Positions 42,084-54,210 are shown, counted from the first letter of the stretch. The stretch: 64,000 nt of DNA from Nitrososphaerales archaeon (GCA_965197925.1 CBDAOC010000001.1:1-64000); one strand, 5' to 3'. The notes: generated by a model from the sequence alone, not told the origin. Made by a program: numbers and translations.

Positions 42084-42922
42084 CTTAGGGTCAACCTTCC
42101 TTCACGTTTGCTTATAGTCTCCATTTTTTGAAGTGCGAGATAAGAAAGGGGTAATATCAGACATGCAAGTATAACTAATCCTAACAAATGAAGAATCACA
42201 CTGTTGAAATCACCTCCCAGAATCAAGATCTGCCTCATGGCATCAATACCTATTGTGAGAGGGATTACTGATGCAAGTAACTTGATGGTGAATGGAAAGA
42301 AATCACCACTAAGAACTGGGTAGTACATTCCAGACAGTACGTATATCGGTTCTTGCATCATGTCAGCAATATGCGTGGCCTCTCTCCCATAAAGAAGAAA
42401 TAGAGATGCTAAGAGAATTCCCATTCCGTATAATGCGATGATGCTTAAGATGAAAATTATTATTATTGAATAAACGTCACCAATTATAAGGTTAATTGGA
42501 AATATCGTAACTCCAATGAACAATATCGATAATGCCCTGATGGTAGTGTTTATCATCCCCCCCATTGCCATTCCAATTAATATAGCCATCCTGGAGATTG
42601 GAGCTATCAAGTATAATGCCAATGTCCCCGTTTCCTTTTCATGATAAAATTGACTTGACATTCCCCATAATACATTACTCCAAAATGAAAGCATAGCTCC
42701 ACCAATTATCACGAAGCCGAGATATTCATTTGGTGCTTGAAGAGCTTGGTACATGTAAACATAAGCACTTATCGAAAGCATAGGAATAATGACTTCGGCA
42801 ATAGTCCAATGCGGTTCTCGAAGGAGTCCCTTCATCCTTACATAAGCTCGAGCGTTTATCACTCTTGCATGATTAATCAACTCACTTGAAATGCCCATCC
42901 ATACCAATCCCCTTTCCAACAA
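42074..42922 (-). CDS. ABC-2 type transporter permease
   Basis: EKETGTL...APISR and LSGMYYPV motifs. Confidence 0.88.
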   Translation of the reverse strand: MLERGLVWMGISSELINHARVINARAYVRMKGLLREPHWTIAEVIIPMLSISAYVYMYQALQAPNEYLGFVIIGGAMLSFWSNVLWGMSSQFYHEKETGTLALYLIAPISRMAILIGMAMGGMINTTIRALSILFIGVTIFPINLIIGDVYSIIIIFILSIIALYGMGILLASLFLLYGREATHIADMMQEPIYVLSGMYYPVLSGDFFPFTIKLLASVIPLTIGIDAMRQILILGGDFNSVILHLLGLVILACLILPLSYLALQKMETISKREGRLTLRWQ

Positions 42923-43859
42923 ATTTCATGTAAACATCCTCAAGTGAAGGTTGTGAAGTATTTATGGAGATGATCTTGCATCCTCCCTTCGCCAAAAATG
43001 AAACAAGGTCTGGTATCCTAGATTCGTTGTCTAGCACAGCTATGATCTTTTTTACACCACCGTTATTCTCTTGAATTGACGATCCTAAGATACCTTTGAG
43101 TTCACTAAAATTCAGTCTAGAAGACCAATCTGTCACTTCGATCTTTACGGTGGTATCCTTTACCAGTGATGCCTTTAAGAATTGAGGTGTTCCACATGTA
43201 ATTATGCTTCCATTATATATTATTGCGATTCTATCACACATATCTTCGGCCTCCACCATATAGTGTGTTGTAAGAAGAACCGCATGAGATTTTTCACTCT
43301 TTACCCACTGCTTAACATATTGGCGCATATGTTTAGCATTAATAACATCCAAACCTAGAGTCGGTTCATCCAAAAACAATACCTTTGGTTCGTTTATAAA
43401 ACCACGGGCAAGATTCAATCTTTGTCTAAATCCAGTTGAAAGTTTATGCATTCTTGTAGAGGTGTATTCCTCAAGTTCCATATCATGGATAAGTTTATTG
43501 ATACGTTCGTTTGCTTCAGTACTGGAAAGCCCATAGATTTGGGAAAAGAACCAAAGGTTTTCCTTGACAGAAAGTATTCCATAGCCTGGTGTTTCACCCC
43601 CACTGACTAGGTTAATGACTTTTCTAACCTGTTTTGGTTGCTTGAGGACATCGAAACCATAAACCTTTGCTTGTCCATCAGATGGAAGCAGTAGAGTTGC
43701 TAGGATTTTTATGAATGTAGTTTTTCCAGCACCATTTGCACCCAAAAGTCCCAAGACCTCACCACAGTTCATTTTTAAATCGATTTTGTTTAATGCGGTG
43801 ATTGTTCCCCCTTTAGTTTTGAATAATCTAGATAGTGATTGTGCTTCTACAGCATACAT
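42882..43859 (-). CDS. ABC transporter ATP-binding protein
   Basis: GANGAGKTT, LSTG, FLDEPT and TTHYM motifs. Confidence 0.93.
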   Translation of the reverse strand: MYAVEAQSLSRLFKTKGGTITALNKIDLKMNCGEVLGLLGANGAGKTTFIKILATLLLPSDGQAKVYGFDVLKQPKQVRKVINLVSGGETPGYGILSVKENLWFFSQIYGLSSTEANERINKLIHDMELEEYTSTRMHKLSTGFRQRLNLARGFINEPKVLFLDEPTLGLDVINAKHMRQYVKQWVKSEKSHAVLLTTHYMVEAEDMCDRIAIIYNGSIITCGTPQFLKASLVKDTTVKIEVTDWSSRLNFSELKGILGSSIQENNGGVKKIIAVLDNESRIPDLVSFLAKGGCKIISINTSQPSLEDVYMKFVGKGIGMDGHFK

Positions 43860-43877
43860 TTCTTTCCTCTAAAGATG

Positions 43878-44189
43878 CTAAGATTTTTCTTTCTTTAAAG
43901 CCTTATCTATCTCCATTCTCAATTCGTCGTCGTTTTTGTTTTCAGCATCAACACCTAGAGCCTTTGCAATTTCGTTAAGTTTTTCCCTTTCCACCCTCTG
44001 ACCTTTATAATCTTTAAGTTCCCTTTCAGCATCAATTCTCGCACGTTCATATTCAGAAGTCGCTTTTCCAATAGATTTTGCAATATCCGGGATCTTCTTG
44101 GCGCCAAAGAAGATCACTACCACAGCAATGAGAATAAATATCCATTCATTTCCTGCGATAAAAAACTGAAGGTTTTCTATGCCTTCCAT
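43878..44189 (-). CDS. tatA: twin-arginine translocase TatA/E
   Basis: EW...FFGAKKIPDIAKSIG. Confidence 0.9.
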   Translation of the reverse strand: MEGIENLQFFIAGNEWIFILIAVVVIFFGAKKIPDIAKSIGKATSEYERARIDAERELKDYKGQRVEREKLNEIAKALGVDAENKNDDELRMEIDKALKKEKS

Positions 44190-44228
44190 AACTAATAAGG
44201 GGTATGATCAGAATTTAAACTTAACCTA

Positions 44229-45035
44229 TCATGATGGTCGTACCTCTGGAACTTTCTTTATCTTAAATTCTACAAAAACCATTCCACCTAGATAAAGAAC
44301 CAACATCGGTATGGAAATAAACCACATTGTGACTCCACTACCATCAGGTGTTATTATCGCTCCAAAGACAACTAGTATTAAGACTGCGTATCGTAGGTTA
44401 TCTCTCCAGAATTTGGGTTCGACCAATCCTGCTTTAGTGATCGCCCACATAATCACAGGCAGTTGAAATGAAATACCAAATGCCACCATAAATTGCATTG
44501 TGAAAGCTATGAATTCAGTTATATTAAGAAATGTTATAACACCTATAGATTCTCCATACCGATAAAGAAAACCCAGTATAAATGGTATAACTACAAAGTA
44601 TGAAAATAAACAACCTCCTCCAAATAGAGCAATTATTGGTAAAGTGACTTTCCCGACCGTTTCCTTCTCGTTGGAATGCAATGCTGGACTAATGAACGCT
44701 CCAATTTCTCTTGCAATAAAAGGCATACCAAAAATAAATCCCAACAAAACAGCGATGTAGAATTGAGCGAAGAATGCTTGTCCCGGTGCGATCTGAATTA
44801 GATCCACTTGTGGAGGAACAAGTTCTTCCCTCATTACGGATGTTAGCTGAATGGCTACGTTGTTGAATGGATCTGGGTATAGCATCCAGATACTTGTACC
44901 ATTCAACGTGAATTCTTTTACACCAAGTGTTAAGGTGATTGCTGTTACTGTTATCAAAGCAATAGCTATTCTTGTCACTCTCTTCCTGAGTTCAGCTATA
45001 TGCTGTCTAAGTTCACTCTCGTCACTCATTGTCAA
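44229..45035 (-). CDS. tatC: twin-arginine translocase TatC
   Basis: HIAELRKR, FISPAL, FGISFQLP and AIITPD motifs. Confidence 0.93.
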   Translation of the reverse strand: MTMSDESELRQHIAELRKRVTRIAIALITVTAITLTLGVKEFTLNGTSIWMLYPDPFNNVAIQLTSVMREELVPPQVDLIQIAPGQAFFAQFYIAVLLGFIFGMPFIAREIGAFISPALHSNEKETVGKVTLPIIALFGGGCLFSYFVVIPFILGFLYRYGESIGVITFLNITEFIAFTMQFMVAFGISFQLPVIMWAITKAGLVEPKFWRDNLRYAVLILVVFGAIITPDGSGVTMWFISIPMLVLYLGGMVFVEFKIKKVPEVRPS

Positions 45036-45061
45036 CGAATTTTGTACATTTTCCTATATAT

Positions 45062-45508
45062 CTAGTTCGCTATAAGAAGGGATTTTGATGGGAAAAGAGT
45101 TTTAGCCTCTTCATCTGATAGACCTTCAAACTCAAGCCAAATTTCTCCACCTGCATCAAACTTTGTAATAATGTTTTTTGCAAGATCTGAGATAAATTTG
45201 TTATCAAGCTCTATTTTCGCACCAGAGAAAAAAGTTCGATAACTCTTTTTAACTATATTACCCCCAAAAGTATTTGATAAAAATTCCTCTAACCTAGAGG
45301 AAATTTCTTTAGTGCATTCTACAGTATACATTGCAACACCGTTAATCGACTCTTTGTCGTATGGCACACCAACCTTGAACCAGTAGATACTGAAGTATGA
45401 TTCCTCAGAAGAACCACACCTTATTTCCCAATGCTTTAATTTATCTACAGGGTATTGTGTCTCACTAACTTCCTTAGCTGTTAGGTGCCAGTAAAGCATC
45501 TTTACCAT
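45062..45508 (-). CDS. hypothetical protein
   Basis: 148-aa ORF upstream of tatC. Confidence 0.7.
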   Translation of the reverse strand: MVKMLYWHLTAKEVSETQYPVDKLKHWEIRCGSSEESYFSIYWFKVGVPYDKESINGVAMYTVECTKEISSRLEEFLSNTFGGNIVKKSYRTFFSGAKIELDNKFISDLAKNIITKFDAGGEIWLEFEGLSDEEAKTLFPSKSLLIAN

Positions 45509-45549
45509 ATTTGATAAAAGTAGTTATTGTTATATTAATCATTGTATGA

Positions 45550-47702
45550 TCACGTCACATTAACAGTCATGCTCTTGATGGGAGCGAGAGGAATAGGATC
45601 AACAATGTTATTCCATACAAATATTTCTATTTCGAATTCGCCTCTTGTATCAGGAGTCCAGAGTAATGATGCATCTATGCTTTCAGAGGCGGAAAGTTCT
45701 TCAAGCCATGTGAGGGATATAGTAGCACCATCATAGTCCTTAACCTGTACTATATAAGAAAAACTAATTGTTTCATCTATATTGATTAAAATTTGCGATC
45801 TTACATCAATAGAATTTCCAACTTCTAGTCCCGGACTTACTTCTCGTTGCATTTATAAGATGAGGCTCCAGGATGCTGACCGTTTTTATCCCAGTGGGTT
45901 CCAGCTTGTTAGATAAAGTATAGATGTATTCAGTAATTCTTCTGAAGTTAACACAGCTCTTAGAGCAAAATCTAACGCATCATCCATTGGGTCCATTATA
46001 CTTTTAGTTCCCATGAAGGTGTTATGATTGAAGTAGGTCATGTTTTCAAAATATTCTTTAGATTTTTCTATATCAATCTGTATGCTCGTCAACTTTATTG
46101 AAACAGATTGAGGAAGGTTATATTCATCTCCACTCCTTACAAATTGGAGTTTTGAATCATCGATATTCTTTTGTGCTTGGTTGAGAAGATTTAGTACCAT
46201 ATCACGATCCAGCGCATCATAGTTGAATTGCCCAAATTCGTTTATTACCAACCCACATCTCAGAGAAGGGCCACAACCTAGGCTTGAAGGTGAAGAATAA
46301 GTCATTGGGGTATATGACCAATCAAAAACCAATCAATAAATTCTTCCTCAATGGGACTGACCATCATGCGGGTGTCTCAATCCTAAAACAGACCCATCTC
46401 ATGGATCGTTACTCCAGACAAACCAGCACCTGTATTGAACAGCGTATGTTTGTCTTGGGCCACAATTGCACAGCATGGTATTGTATTATCATCTGGATCA
46501 GGTACCGCTTTACCGAGAGTAGGTTCGTCGTCTACATATGCGCTCTTGTCAAAGACGAATAGCACAACAGGAATGAAAATCGTCTTTTTAGATTCTTCTT
46601 CCATCATTTCAAGTTGCTCTATAGGTAGATTGCTAACGATCCACTTGTTTAGTTCTGTAATAAGATCAGAACTCTTCACTAGAATGATCCCTTCACTCCC
46701 TTCTACATCTTTGAACGTAAGTGACCGGAGTATTGATCTCTGTAGTTCGCGGGGCAATGAATCGAACATATACCCTTCAATTTCACTTGTCCAATCTACA
46801 TATGGGATGAGTTTTGCAAAGGCACTTTCAATAACACTGCTGTTGATGAATTCGTTCGAAATGTCTTGGAACACACGACCTGCAGTCATATCGATCAAGA
46901 AAATATCGATCTCGTGGTTTGACTGATAAACAGGATTATAGAGATAACTTGGTGTGAATAGCAAAAGAAGAGCATTATTGACATATTTCGTTATGAATTC
47001 ATGATATTCATCTTTTGTTTCTATATCATAAATATTCTGATGGAAGTACCAATACGGATAGATCCATGGACCCGCAGAAAGGTCTATGAAGTAAAATCTA
47101 TAGTTACCACCGAATCCCATCATGCCTTCCTGTATGAATTCGATTCCAGTATCAGGATCTGTACCGATGGTTCCATAGGTATGGAAATAATTTACTTTGT
47201 CTGTTGAGGGTTTGAGGAAGTATATGGTATAACCATCTTCTCTGTGCAGTTCAGCCAACCATTCTTCTATTGCAAATGCATCGATTATCTTGTACATCCG
47301 TCTTTCCGGTTTGCCGAATTCTGGGTGTATATCCCTCATCCATTCCGCGACGAATTCCGGCATTGGGCTTTGTCTCGCAACATTATCCATGAATCCAAAT
47401 AATTCATCAGATTGTTCAGGGGTCATATTGCTAAAAACGTAGCTATAATTGTATTTTACGCCTGCAATCCGATCTTCATAAAAAACGTTAGGCATATGAG
47501 TCTTTATCAGTTTTTTCCGAACTTCATTTTGGTCTTCTTCGGACCATGTATCACCTATCATCACTAGGTTAACTTGCATCGTGGTATTTACGATAATGTC
47601 TATGTTTGTGAGTTCTTGTTGCATAGTTCCATGAGAGGGATGATAAATTGTAAAGGGAAATAAAACAATAATTGCTAGAAAAATGGACAGGATAATCCTC
47701 AT
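45550..47702 (-). pseudogene. large secreted zincin-like protein split into three ORFs
   Basis: Signal peptide; ORF 46383-47702 breaks at IHEMG (HExxH), then 45886-46332 and an Ig-like C-terminal piece 45550-45852; IS starts 5 bp upstream of the ATG. Confidence 0.7.
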
Positions 47703-47707
47703 TTAAT

Positions 47708-48578
47708 CAACTCATCTCAAAACTAACCATTTAGACAATTTTTAGCGACCATTTAGATCCATGAATAGCGACATCTAAAATTATTTTATGAAATTCCAAG
47801 AATTATCAGACAAACAGTGGAGTATGATGGAATCACACATACCACCACATGCAAAAACTGGCAGGCCTAGGGATGATGATAGAAAAATCATTAACGGAAT
47901 AATCCATGTTCTAACTACTGGATGCCGATGGGACGATATGCCAAAAAGATATGGTGATGATTCTACTGCAAACAGAAGGTTAAACAAATGGCAACAAAAA
48001 GGAATCTGGAAAAAGATTCTATCGCGTACTATTCACTCAGCACATAAATCTGGCAAAATTAGTCTACAAAAATCAGTTGACTCTTCATCCATTCCTGATA
48101 AAAAAGGGGCAATGTAACTGGATATAATGGATTCAAGAGAATAACAGGTACAAAAATACATGCCGCAGTAGAGGGTAACGGATTTCCAATATCCATACTG
48201 TTGAGTCCAGCAAATGAACATGACAGTACAAAATGCATGGATGTTACAGGATCAATTTCAGACTATCTTGATGATGATTCAATACAACAGATAGAATCAG
48301 TTTATGCAGACAAAATGATGCAAAATACATCAGAATGTATTTGTGGGATAGAAATATTGCATGTTGCATCCCATACAAAATAAATTCCAAGTTCATCTTG
48401 CAAAATAATGATTGCAAACATTGCAACAAGACAAGATTTGTAGTTGAGAGATTCCTTGCATGGCTCAAGAATGGATTTCACAGAACAAGAACCAGGTATG
48501 AAAGAACGGCAGAAAACTACCTGGCATTTGTTAATCTTGCATCATTTTTGATGTATTGTAGGGTTTTGAGATGAGTTG
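47708..48578 (+). mobile_element. IS5-family (IS427-like) element, type C, second copy
   Basis: Same TIRs and AAT flanks as 4835-6594, without the nested insert. Confidence 0.93.
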
Positions 48579-48581
48579 AAT

Positions 48582-49167
48582 AGGTCTGAAATCCACAGTA
48601 TCATGCTTAGGGGCAAGTAGATCTTAAATGAACATGCTATTTTCCCTCTTAATTCAACACCTGTAGATAGCTTGATGCACTTCTTCATTATCCCTGATCT
48701 ATCCGTACAGTATGATGACACATTACCGGATCTGAATCCAGATACATCTATTCCTACCAACAATTTCCTAGTCTTGGTGAAAAGCATGAATGAATATAAC
48801 TCTGTACAGCAAGATACCATTGATTCTTGAAGCAAACTCCTGAAGCGTTGTATAATGTGGTACCATTGTCTAACTGCATAAACATTCTGGGATAGTATGC
48901 TTCATGCAACCATTCCACAAACCTTCTATAGCTCTCCCCTCATACTGCCTAAATGCTAGCAGGATGATATGCTGCCAGACCGTATAAATATGGTTGCTCT
49001 TCCTGTGTATGGAGCGGTACTCTAGCCCTTATCAAGACATCAAGTATTGTTTTTGCAAGTTTGACGTAACGTGATTCTTTCATGCATAAGCATGCATGGC
49101 ACGTAACACATTGATCTAATGGTGCAGTTCGATATACAATGGGCTAAAATCTATGGTTTCTACAAGC
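48582..49167 (-). mobile_element. partial type A IS (5' half)
   Basis: Homologous to the 5' part of 22591-23551; ends ATGGTTTCTACAAGC. Confidence 0.85.
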
Positions 49168-49192
49168 TATGAGATATTTTCTTCTTTAAACC

Positions 49193-49344
49193 GTTTCAAT
49201 CCTATGTTAGTCAGTTTCTAAACTCGAGGATGAAAAACGGAAGGACCTGGACGTCGATGGTTTCAATCCTATGTTAGTCAGTTTCTAAACACCATGTTGT
49301 TTAGTGCGTCATGCTTCCATTTGTCTGGTTTTAATCCTATGTTA
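49193..49344 (-). CRISPR. CRISPR array 2 remnant; 31-bp repeat (minus strand GTTTAGAAACTGACTAACATAGGATTGAAAC); 2 full repeats, 1 partial repeat, 2 spacers
   Basis: Identical repeats at 49193-49223 and 49260-49290; partial repeat at 49328-49344 cut by IS; spacers of 36 and 37 bp. Confidence 0.85.
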
Positions 49345-50386
49345 GAGCCTATCCTAAAATTCTAGCTGATAGTTAATGATTGGTAGAAATGATAACATTT
49401 AGAATGCAAGAATATTAGTTCATAATATCAGGTTTAGTTTTCTTACTATTGATTTTATTAGTATTGTAGATAATAGATACTAGAAACAGTTGCATTAACG
49501 TGTTTATGACACTACCAATATATCGCTCTGTACACTATTAGGCAGTTAGCAAATTCTACTAGCGCCTGATAATTTTCCTCTCTCTTCTCGAACCTTACCA
49601 ATAACTTTCTGAACCTGTTATGCCAAGATGCGGTTCTTTCTACAACCCATCTCTTTGCTTTGTACAAATTCTTTTTCAACACTTCACCCTTATGACGAAT
49701 GTGATCCACATATCCCCTTCCTAACTCCATACTCTATCTCAGGGAAATCATATCCTATTCATGCATATGTTCTGTTTAACTTTGGGCCTATCAACAACAA
49801 TGCTATCTATTGTAGGAAAGGCTGATTTCATATCGTGCTTGTTTGCTCCAGTAATTACAGATGAGAGAGGTACTCCTCTTCTATCAACCAGCATGTGACG
49901 TTTGGTACCTAGCTTGCCTCTATCCGTTGGGTTTGCTCCGGTCATTTTCCCCCTAATGGGGCCTTCGGTACGCTATCCATGGATTGCCAGTCCCATCCCA
50001 TGCTCTTTAATTCATCATATATTTCCAGCAGCCTCTTCCATACCTTCTTGAATACTCCTATCCCAATCCATTCCTGAAATCTTGCATGGCAAGTTGAGCC
50101 AGAACCAAATTCTTTAGATACCTTCTTCCACTGGCATCCAGTTCTTAATACGTACAGTATTCCATTCAACACTTTTCTAAATGGTACAGCTGGCCTTCCA
50201 ACTGTTCTTGCTGGTTTCTCTGGTGGCAACACTAGTTTGAACTCTTCCCATAGATTGTCTGGTATATGCCATATGGTCGGCATGCTCTTTTTCTTTGATT
50301 TTCTCACAAATTTAGCTAGAGAGGACAGATCTAGATCTGTTTCGGTATAAACAATTAGGCTATGATGTTAATTTTCGGATAGGCTC
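49345..50386 (-). mobile_element. IS5-family (IS1031-like) element, type B, third copy
   Basis: TIRs GAGCCTATCCTAAAATT / AATTTTCGGATAGGCTC; TTA flanks; ORFs 49942-50307, 49748-49945 and 49512-49730. Confidence 0.93.
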
Positions 50387-50433
50387 TTAAGCACTAATTG
50401 AATTTAATAGTCTATGATATTATGAACAGGTAA

Positions 50434-51900
50434 TTAACCGATATTATTGAGAACAAGCTGCTCTCTAGCTTCACGTTCGTTCTTTCTCAAGATCAGTCCT
50501 ATAATTACTCCCATTAACACTAACACTGCGAGAAGTATCAAAGCTAATTGAAATACGAAAGTGTTTATAGTAATATGAATTTCCTTTTCATTAGTTGGAT
50601 CTATTATCGCTGAAAGTTCGGGGTCAACACACCTGAAGCATTTATTCAATGTAATTCCATAAGGACCGGGCTGAATTGCATTAAATCTGGTTTCACCCCA
50701 ATCGTTAGTCCTCAAGCGCATAACAACATATTCTTCCTTCGAGACATCCACAGATATTCCAGCTTGAGGTCTATTAAGAAAGTCCGTGACAATTATTTTT
50801 ACCTCCGTTGGTTCATAATAAGATATATCTTCTATTGGAGAAACTCTTATTGTATGGGCATCAATATTGTTTACTAATCTTACCATAAATTCATTTTCTG
50901 AAGAAACAAATAAAATGTTAGAATCAAACGTAGTATTTTTCACGTGCTCAGTATAATAACCGTTTATGCTCATTAATCGAACTGGTCCTAGACCACTCGA
51001 AATACTTTCATCAACATAAGTAATAGATATGCCCTCGAATTTTGGTTGTAATATTAAACTATGTCTCTGATCGATCACTCTTTCCTCTATCAAGTAATAA
51101 CGGCTACTATCTACCGGTACCTTTACAACACATATACCATCTTTACATTCTTCAAGAGGTGTTAGAGTTATCGTTCTATCATTCCAAGGGTTAACCTCAT
51201 GGATATTTGTAGTGTCAAACCAGCCCAGTTTTATTCTACTGAAGGCAGAAAAACCACCATGTGTTTTTGCGCCCATCAAATCCAGATCGTAATAGAAGAT
51301 ATCTGACATATATTGATTCCTTATGTCACCGATAGCCCTTGATCTATCATAAAGATCTGGTAACTTCCCAAAGAGGTGAGCAAGTTCATGAACTGTCACT
51401 GCCGGAAGTAAATTGGAATCCACTCTGGCGAAACCGAGTATCGTTTCTTGATCACGTATTATTAGTTGTCTATATATGGCACTACCTGTAGGATTCGAAC
51501 GCCCTGCATGGAAGACTAGAATCCACGAATTATCAAAATCAATATTATTATCAATCATATCTATAAGCTCCTGAAGAAAAGTATAGTTGTCAAAACTTGG
51601 GCGGTTATAGTACGACAATGGTTTTACCATTGTGTACTTCGCTGATACCACAGTAGATTTGACTGATAATTTGTTGAAAGACGCTTCTCTGAAGATGGAA
51701 TCTACTTGAGCCATATGGGATTCAATTTCTTTATTACTATGATTTAGTTTTGCGTCAGGAAATTCTACAAGTAAAACAATCACGTTTTGTTCTCTTTCTG
51801 TCTGTAGTGCATCTGCAGGTAGAATGAACTTTATGAACATCAACAAACACAACATTATGATCAACACTTTGATGTATTTCATATACGCACAGTAGATCAA
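50434..51900 (-). CDS. membrane-anchored M6 (immune inhibitor A-like) zinc metalloprotease
   Basis: Signal peptide, VLLVEFPD, VFHAG, VHELAHLFGKLPDLYD, DLMG, SAFSRIKLGW, YYLIE and a C-terminal TM helix. Confidence 0.88.
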   Translation of the reverse strand: MIYCAYMKYIKVLIIMLCLLMFIKFILPADALQTEREQNVIVLLVEFPDAKLNHSNKEIESHMAQVDSIFREASFNKLSVKSTVVSAKYTMVKPLSYYNRPSFDNYTFLQELIDMIDNNIDFDNSWILVFHAGRSNPTGSAIYRQLIIRDQETILGFARVDSNLLPAVTVHELAHLFGKLPDLYDRSRAIGDIRNQYMSDIFYYDLDLMGAKTHGGFSAFSRIKLGWFDTTNIHEVNPWNDRTITLTPLEECKDGICVVKVPVDSSRYYLIEERVIDQRHSLILQPKFEGISITYVDESISSGLGPVRLMSINGYYTEHVKNTTFDSNILFVSSENEFMVRLVNNIDAHTIRVSPIEDISYYEPTEVKIIVTDFLNRPQAGISVDVSKEEYVVMRLRTNDWGETRFNAIQPGPYGITLNKCFRCVDPELSAIIDPTNEKEIHITINTFVFQLALILLAVLVLMGVIIGLILRKNEREAREQLVLNNIG

Positions 51901-53247
51901 TAAATCAATTATCTAAATACCTAACCCCCTGAGAGATATTAATAGGTCCATTACCCTGCAGTTACTCTAACCAATTTGTTTGACAGCCATTATGTAATGG
52001 TCTAAACATAATTGGCAGATATTACCAACCACAAATTTGCATGAAAATTCTGAATATATACTTTCTAATCTGAATCAATTTTACCCATCCTGAATATTGG
52101 AATTTTAAGCGGGATCTCGGTGATTTTTACTTCAACCTAAGATTACTTTCACATTTAACGAATAAAGGGAGAGATGATCTCTAACTACGATAATGAGATT
52201 ATTAATTGACACACCAAAATAATTTCTCTGTTAACCTTTCGACAGTTCCGAGCATAATAAGCAAATTCCTTTATCTGATGTTCATGGCGAGGCAAGAATA
52301 GAAGGAGATTGAATATTGGGAAAAGGGTAGCATTCTGCAGGAACAAAATTGCCTAGACAAACTGGAGTAACAATCTAAGGCATATTGTATATTCTTGGAG
52401 GAATAGGCTTTATGATAGGATCCGCAGTATTTGCGGTCCTTGTGAACTACCTGGCGTAGGAGGTACCTGACGTGGGATATGTTGATTTTGCATCTGCCAT
52501 ACTGGTTTTCCTGTCGTATTATTCGTTATATTGGGAATTATTTGGTTCGTGATTGCTGGAGGACTGTTAAAAGGAAAAACAAGGGGAAGAAAACTCGTTA
52601 TCGGGCAGGTCATACTTGATTTGATGATCGAGGCAGTTACAATTATTGTAGAGAATTTATTTACACTTTCCTGTATCATTTTTGATCTAGTACTTTACTA
52701 TATGTGGCAACTGCATGTCGTTGAGTATTTCAATTCATGGTAATGATATATCCCGCGCATTTCAGTTTCCTGTATTGGAATTAACGGCGAGAAGATTTGA
52801 AATTATTTCCCATTAGCCTTTAAGTCTTTTTCCAGTACCGACTATCTGTGATTCCCATATATCCAGTAGGCATATCAATTCATTTATTGACCAAGTATGT
52901 TTTAGTCACTCCATTAAATGTCTAATAGCCATGTTGAATTATATTAGATGACCATAGATAATTATTTCCTTTTGTGATTAGTGCAGCCGGTATGACTTGT
53001 TTGTCGAGGCTAACCTATCTTCTAGTACATTGCTAGACGGTAATGGATATTCGGGTGTTTTAATTGCAAGGTGAATATAATCTGTCTGGGAAGCGCTGTG
53101 GTTTATGTAAGGATAATGATTCGAACTAGTGTTTCTGTACCATTTTCATTCTCCCATTTCCCAGCCATAAACTAAAGTTTCATTCAAGCTAAATTGTAGG
53201 AGTCTCAATATCAAGATAATATCTTTCAGAATATACTGTTAGTTGCT

Positions 53248-54210
53248 TTATCCAACAAATAATAGAATTACTAAAAACGTAAAGTATCCACCCAAAAGGG
53301 CGAAACCCTCATATCTGCTTATTACAAATCCAGTCCTCATCAAAGGAAGTAATACGAGGCTAAACAATATCATCACTATATAATCAGAAAATATTGAGGA
53401 TGCAACTTTTGTTGCTACTATTGCAGATGATATCCCAACTATAACAAGTATATTATAGATATTACTTCCAATTATGTTACCTATACTGATATCCGCATTT
53501 CCCCTTTTGACTGCCACTATAGCGGTAAACAATTCAGGTAAGTTCGTGCCGATAGCTATAATCGTAAGTCCTATTATTCTTTCAGAAACACCTAAAGTTT
53601 CTGCCAGTATTACCGCATTGTCCACAGTGACAATAGCTCCTACAGTGAGAAGAGTTATCCCTATTGCTATAAAGAAGATAGCCTTCACGCTGCTACCTTT
53701 GGTATTTTTACTTGATTCCTGCTGTTTAGGTTTATGACTGATTTCTTTTCTTGATTGCGCATAACTGAAAATGGTAAATGCTATTGATCCACCAACCAAG
53801 ATAATGCCTTCGATTTGAGATATCTCTCCGTCCATCGAAAGAGGGAATAATAAAAATGCTACCCCAATCATAATAGGTACTTGTTTCTTGACTATACTCC
53901 TTTGCACAATTAGAGGAAATATCACTGCAGAGAAGCCGATGATAAGCCCAATGTTAACTATATTGCTACCAATTACATTACCTAATAATATCCCTGACTT
54001 GCCTTCTAATGCTGATACAATACCTATGACCAGCTCGGGGGTGGATGTTCCAAAAGCAACTATTGTCAACCCAATAACAAGTTGACTCACTCTCAATTTT
54101 CTTGCTATATTAACTGAACCATTAACCATCAAATTAGACCCATAATAAAGCATGGCAAGACCTAGCATAATCAAAAGTGTATTGATTACAAGGTTCAACA
54201 CGGCTATCAA
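53248..54210 (-). CDS. calcium/sodium antiporter (YrbG/CaCA family)
   Basis: Alpha repeats GTSTPE and GTNLPE, each followed by GNxIGSN. Confidence 0.93.
   Translation of the reverse strand: MIAVLNLVINTLLIMLGLAMLYYGSNLMVNGSVNIARKLRVSQLVIGLTIVAFGTSTPELVIGIVSALEGKSGILLGNVIGSNIVNIGLIIGFSAVIFPLIVQRSIVKKQVPIMIGVAFLLFPLSMDGEISQIEGIILVGGSIAFTIFSYAQSRKEISHKPKQQESSKNTKGSSVKAIFFIAIGITLLTVGAIVTVDNAVILAETLGVSERIIGLTIIAIGTNLPELFTAIVAVKRGNADISIGNIIGSNIYNILVIVGISSAIVATKVASSIFSDYIVMILFSLVLLPLMRTGFVISRYEGFALLGGYFTFLVILLFVG

Noticed and set aside
31723..49344. Cas1 and the arrays as one canonical CRISPR-Cas locus
   Set aside because: The arrays are 16 and 31 kb away, no cas2, cas6 or effector genes are in the window, and the protein looks casposase-like.
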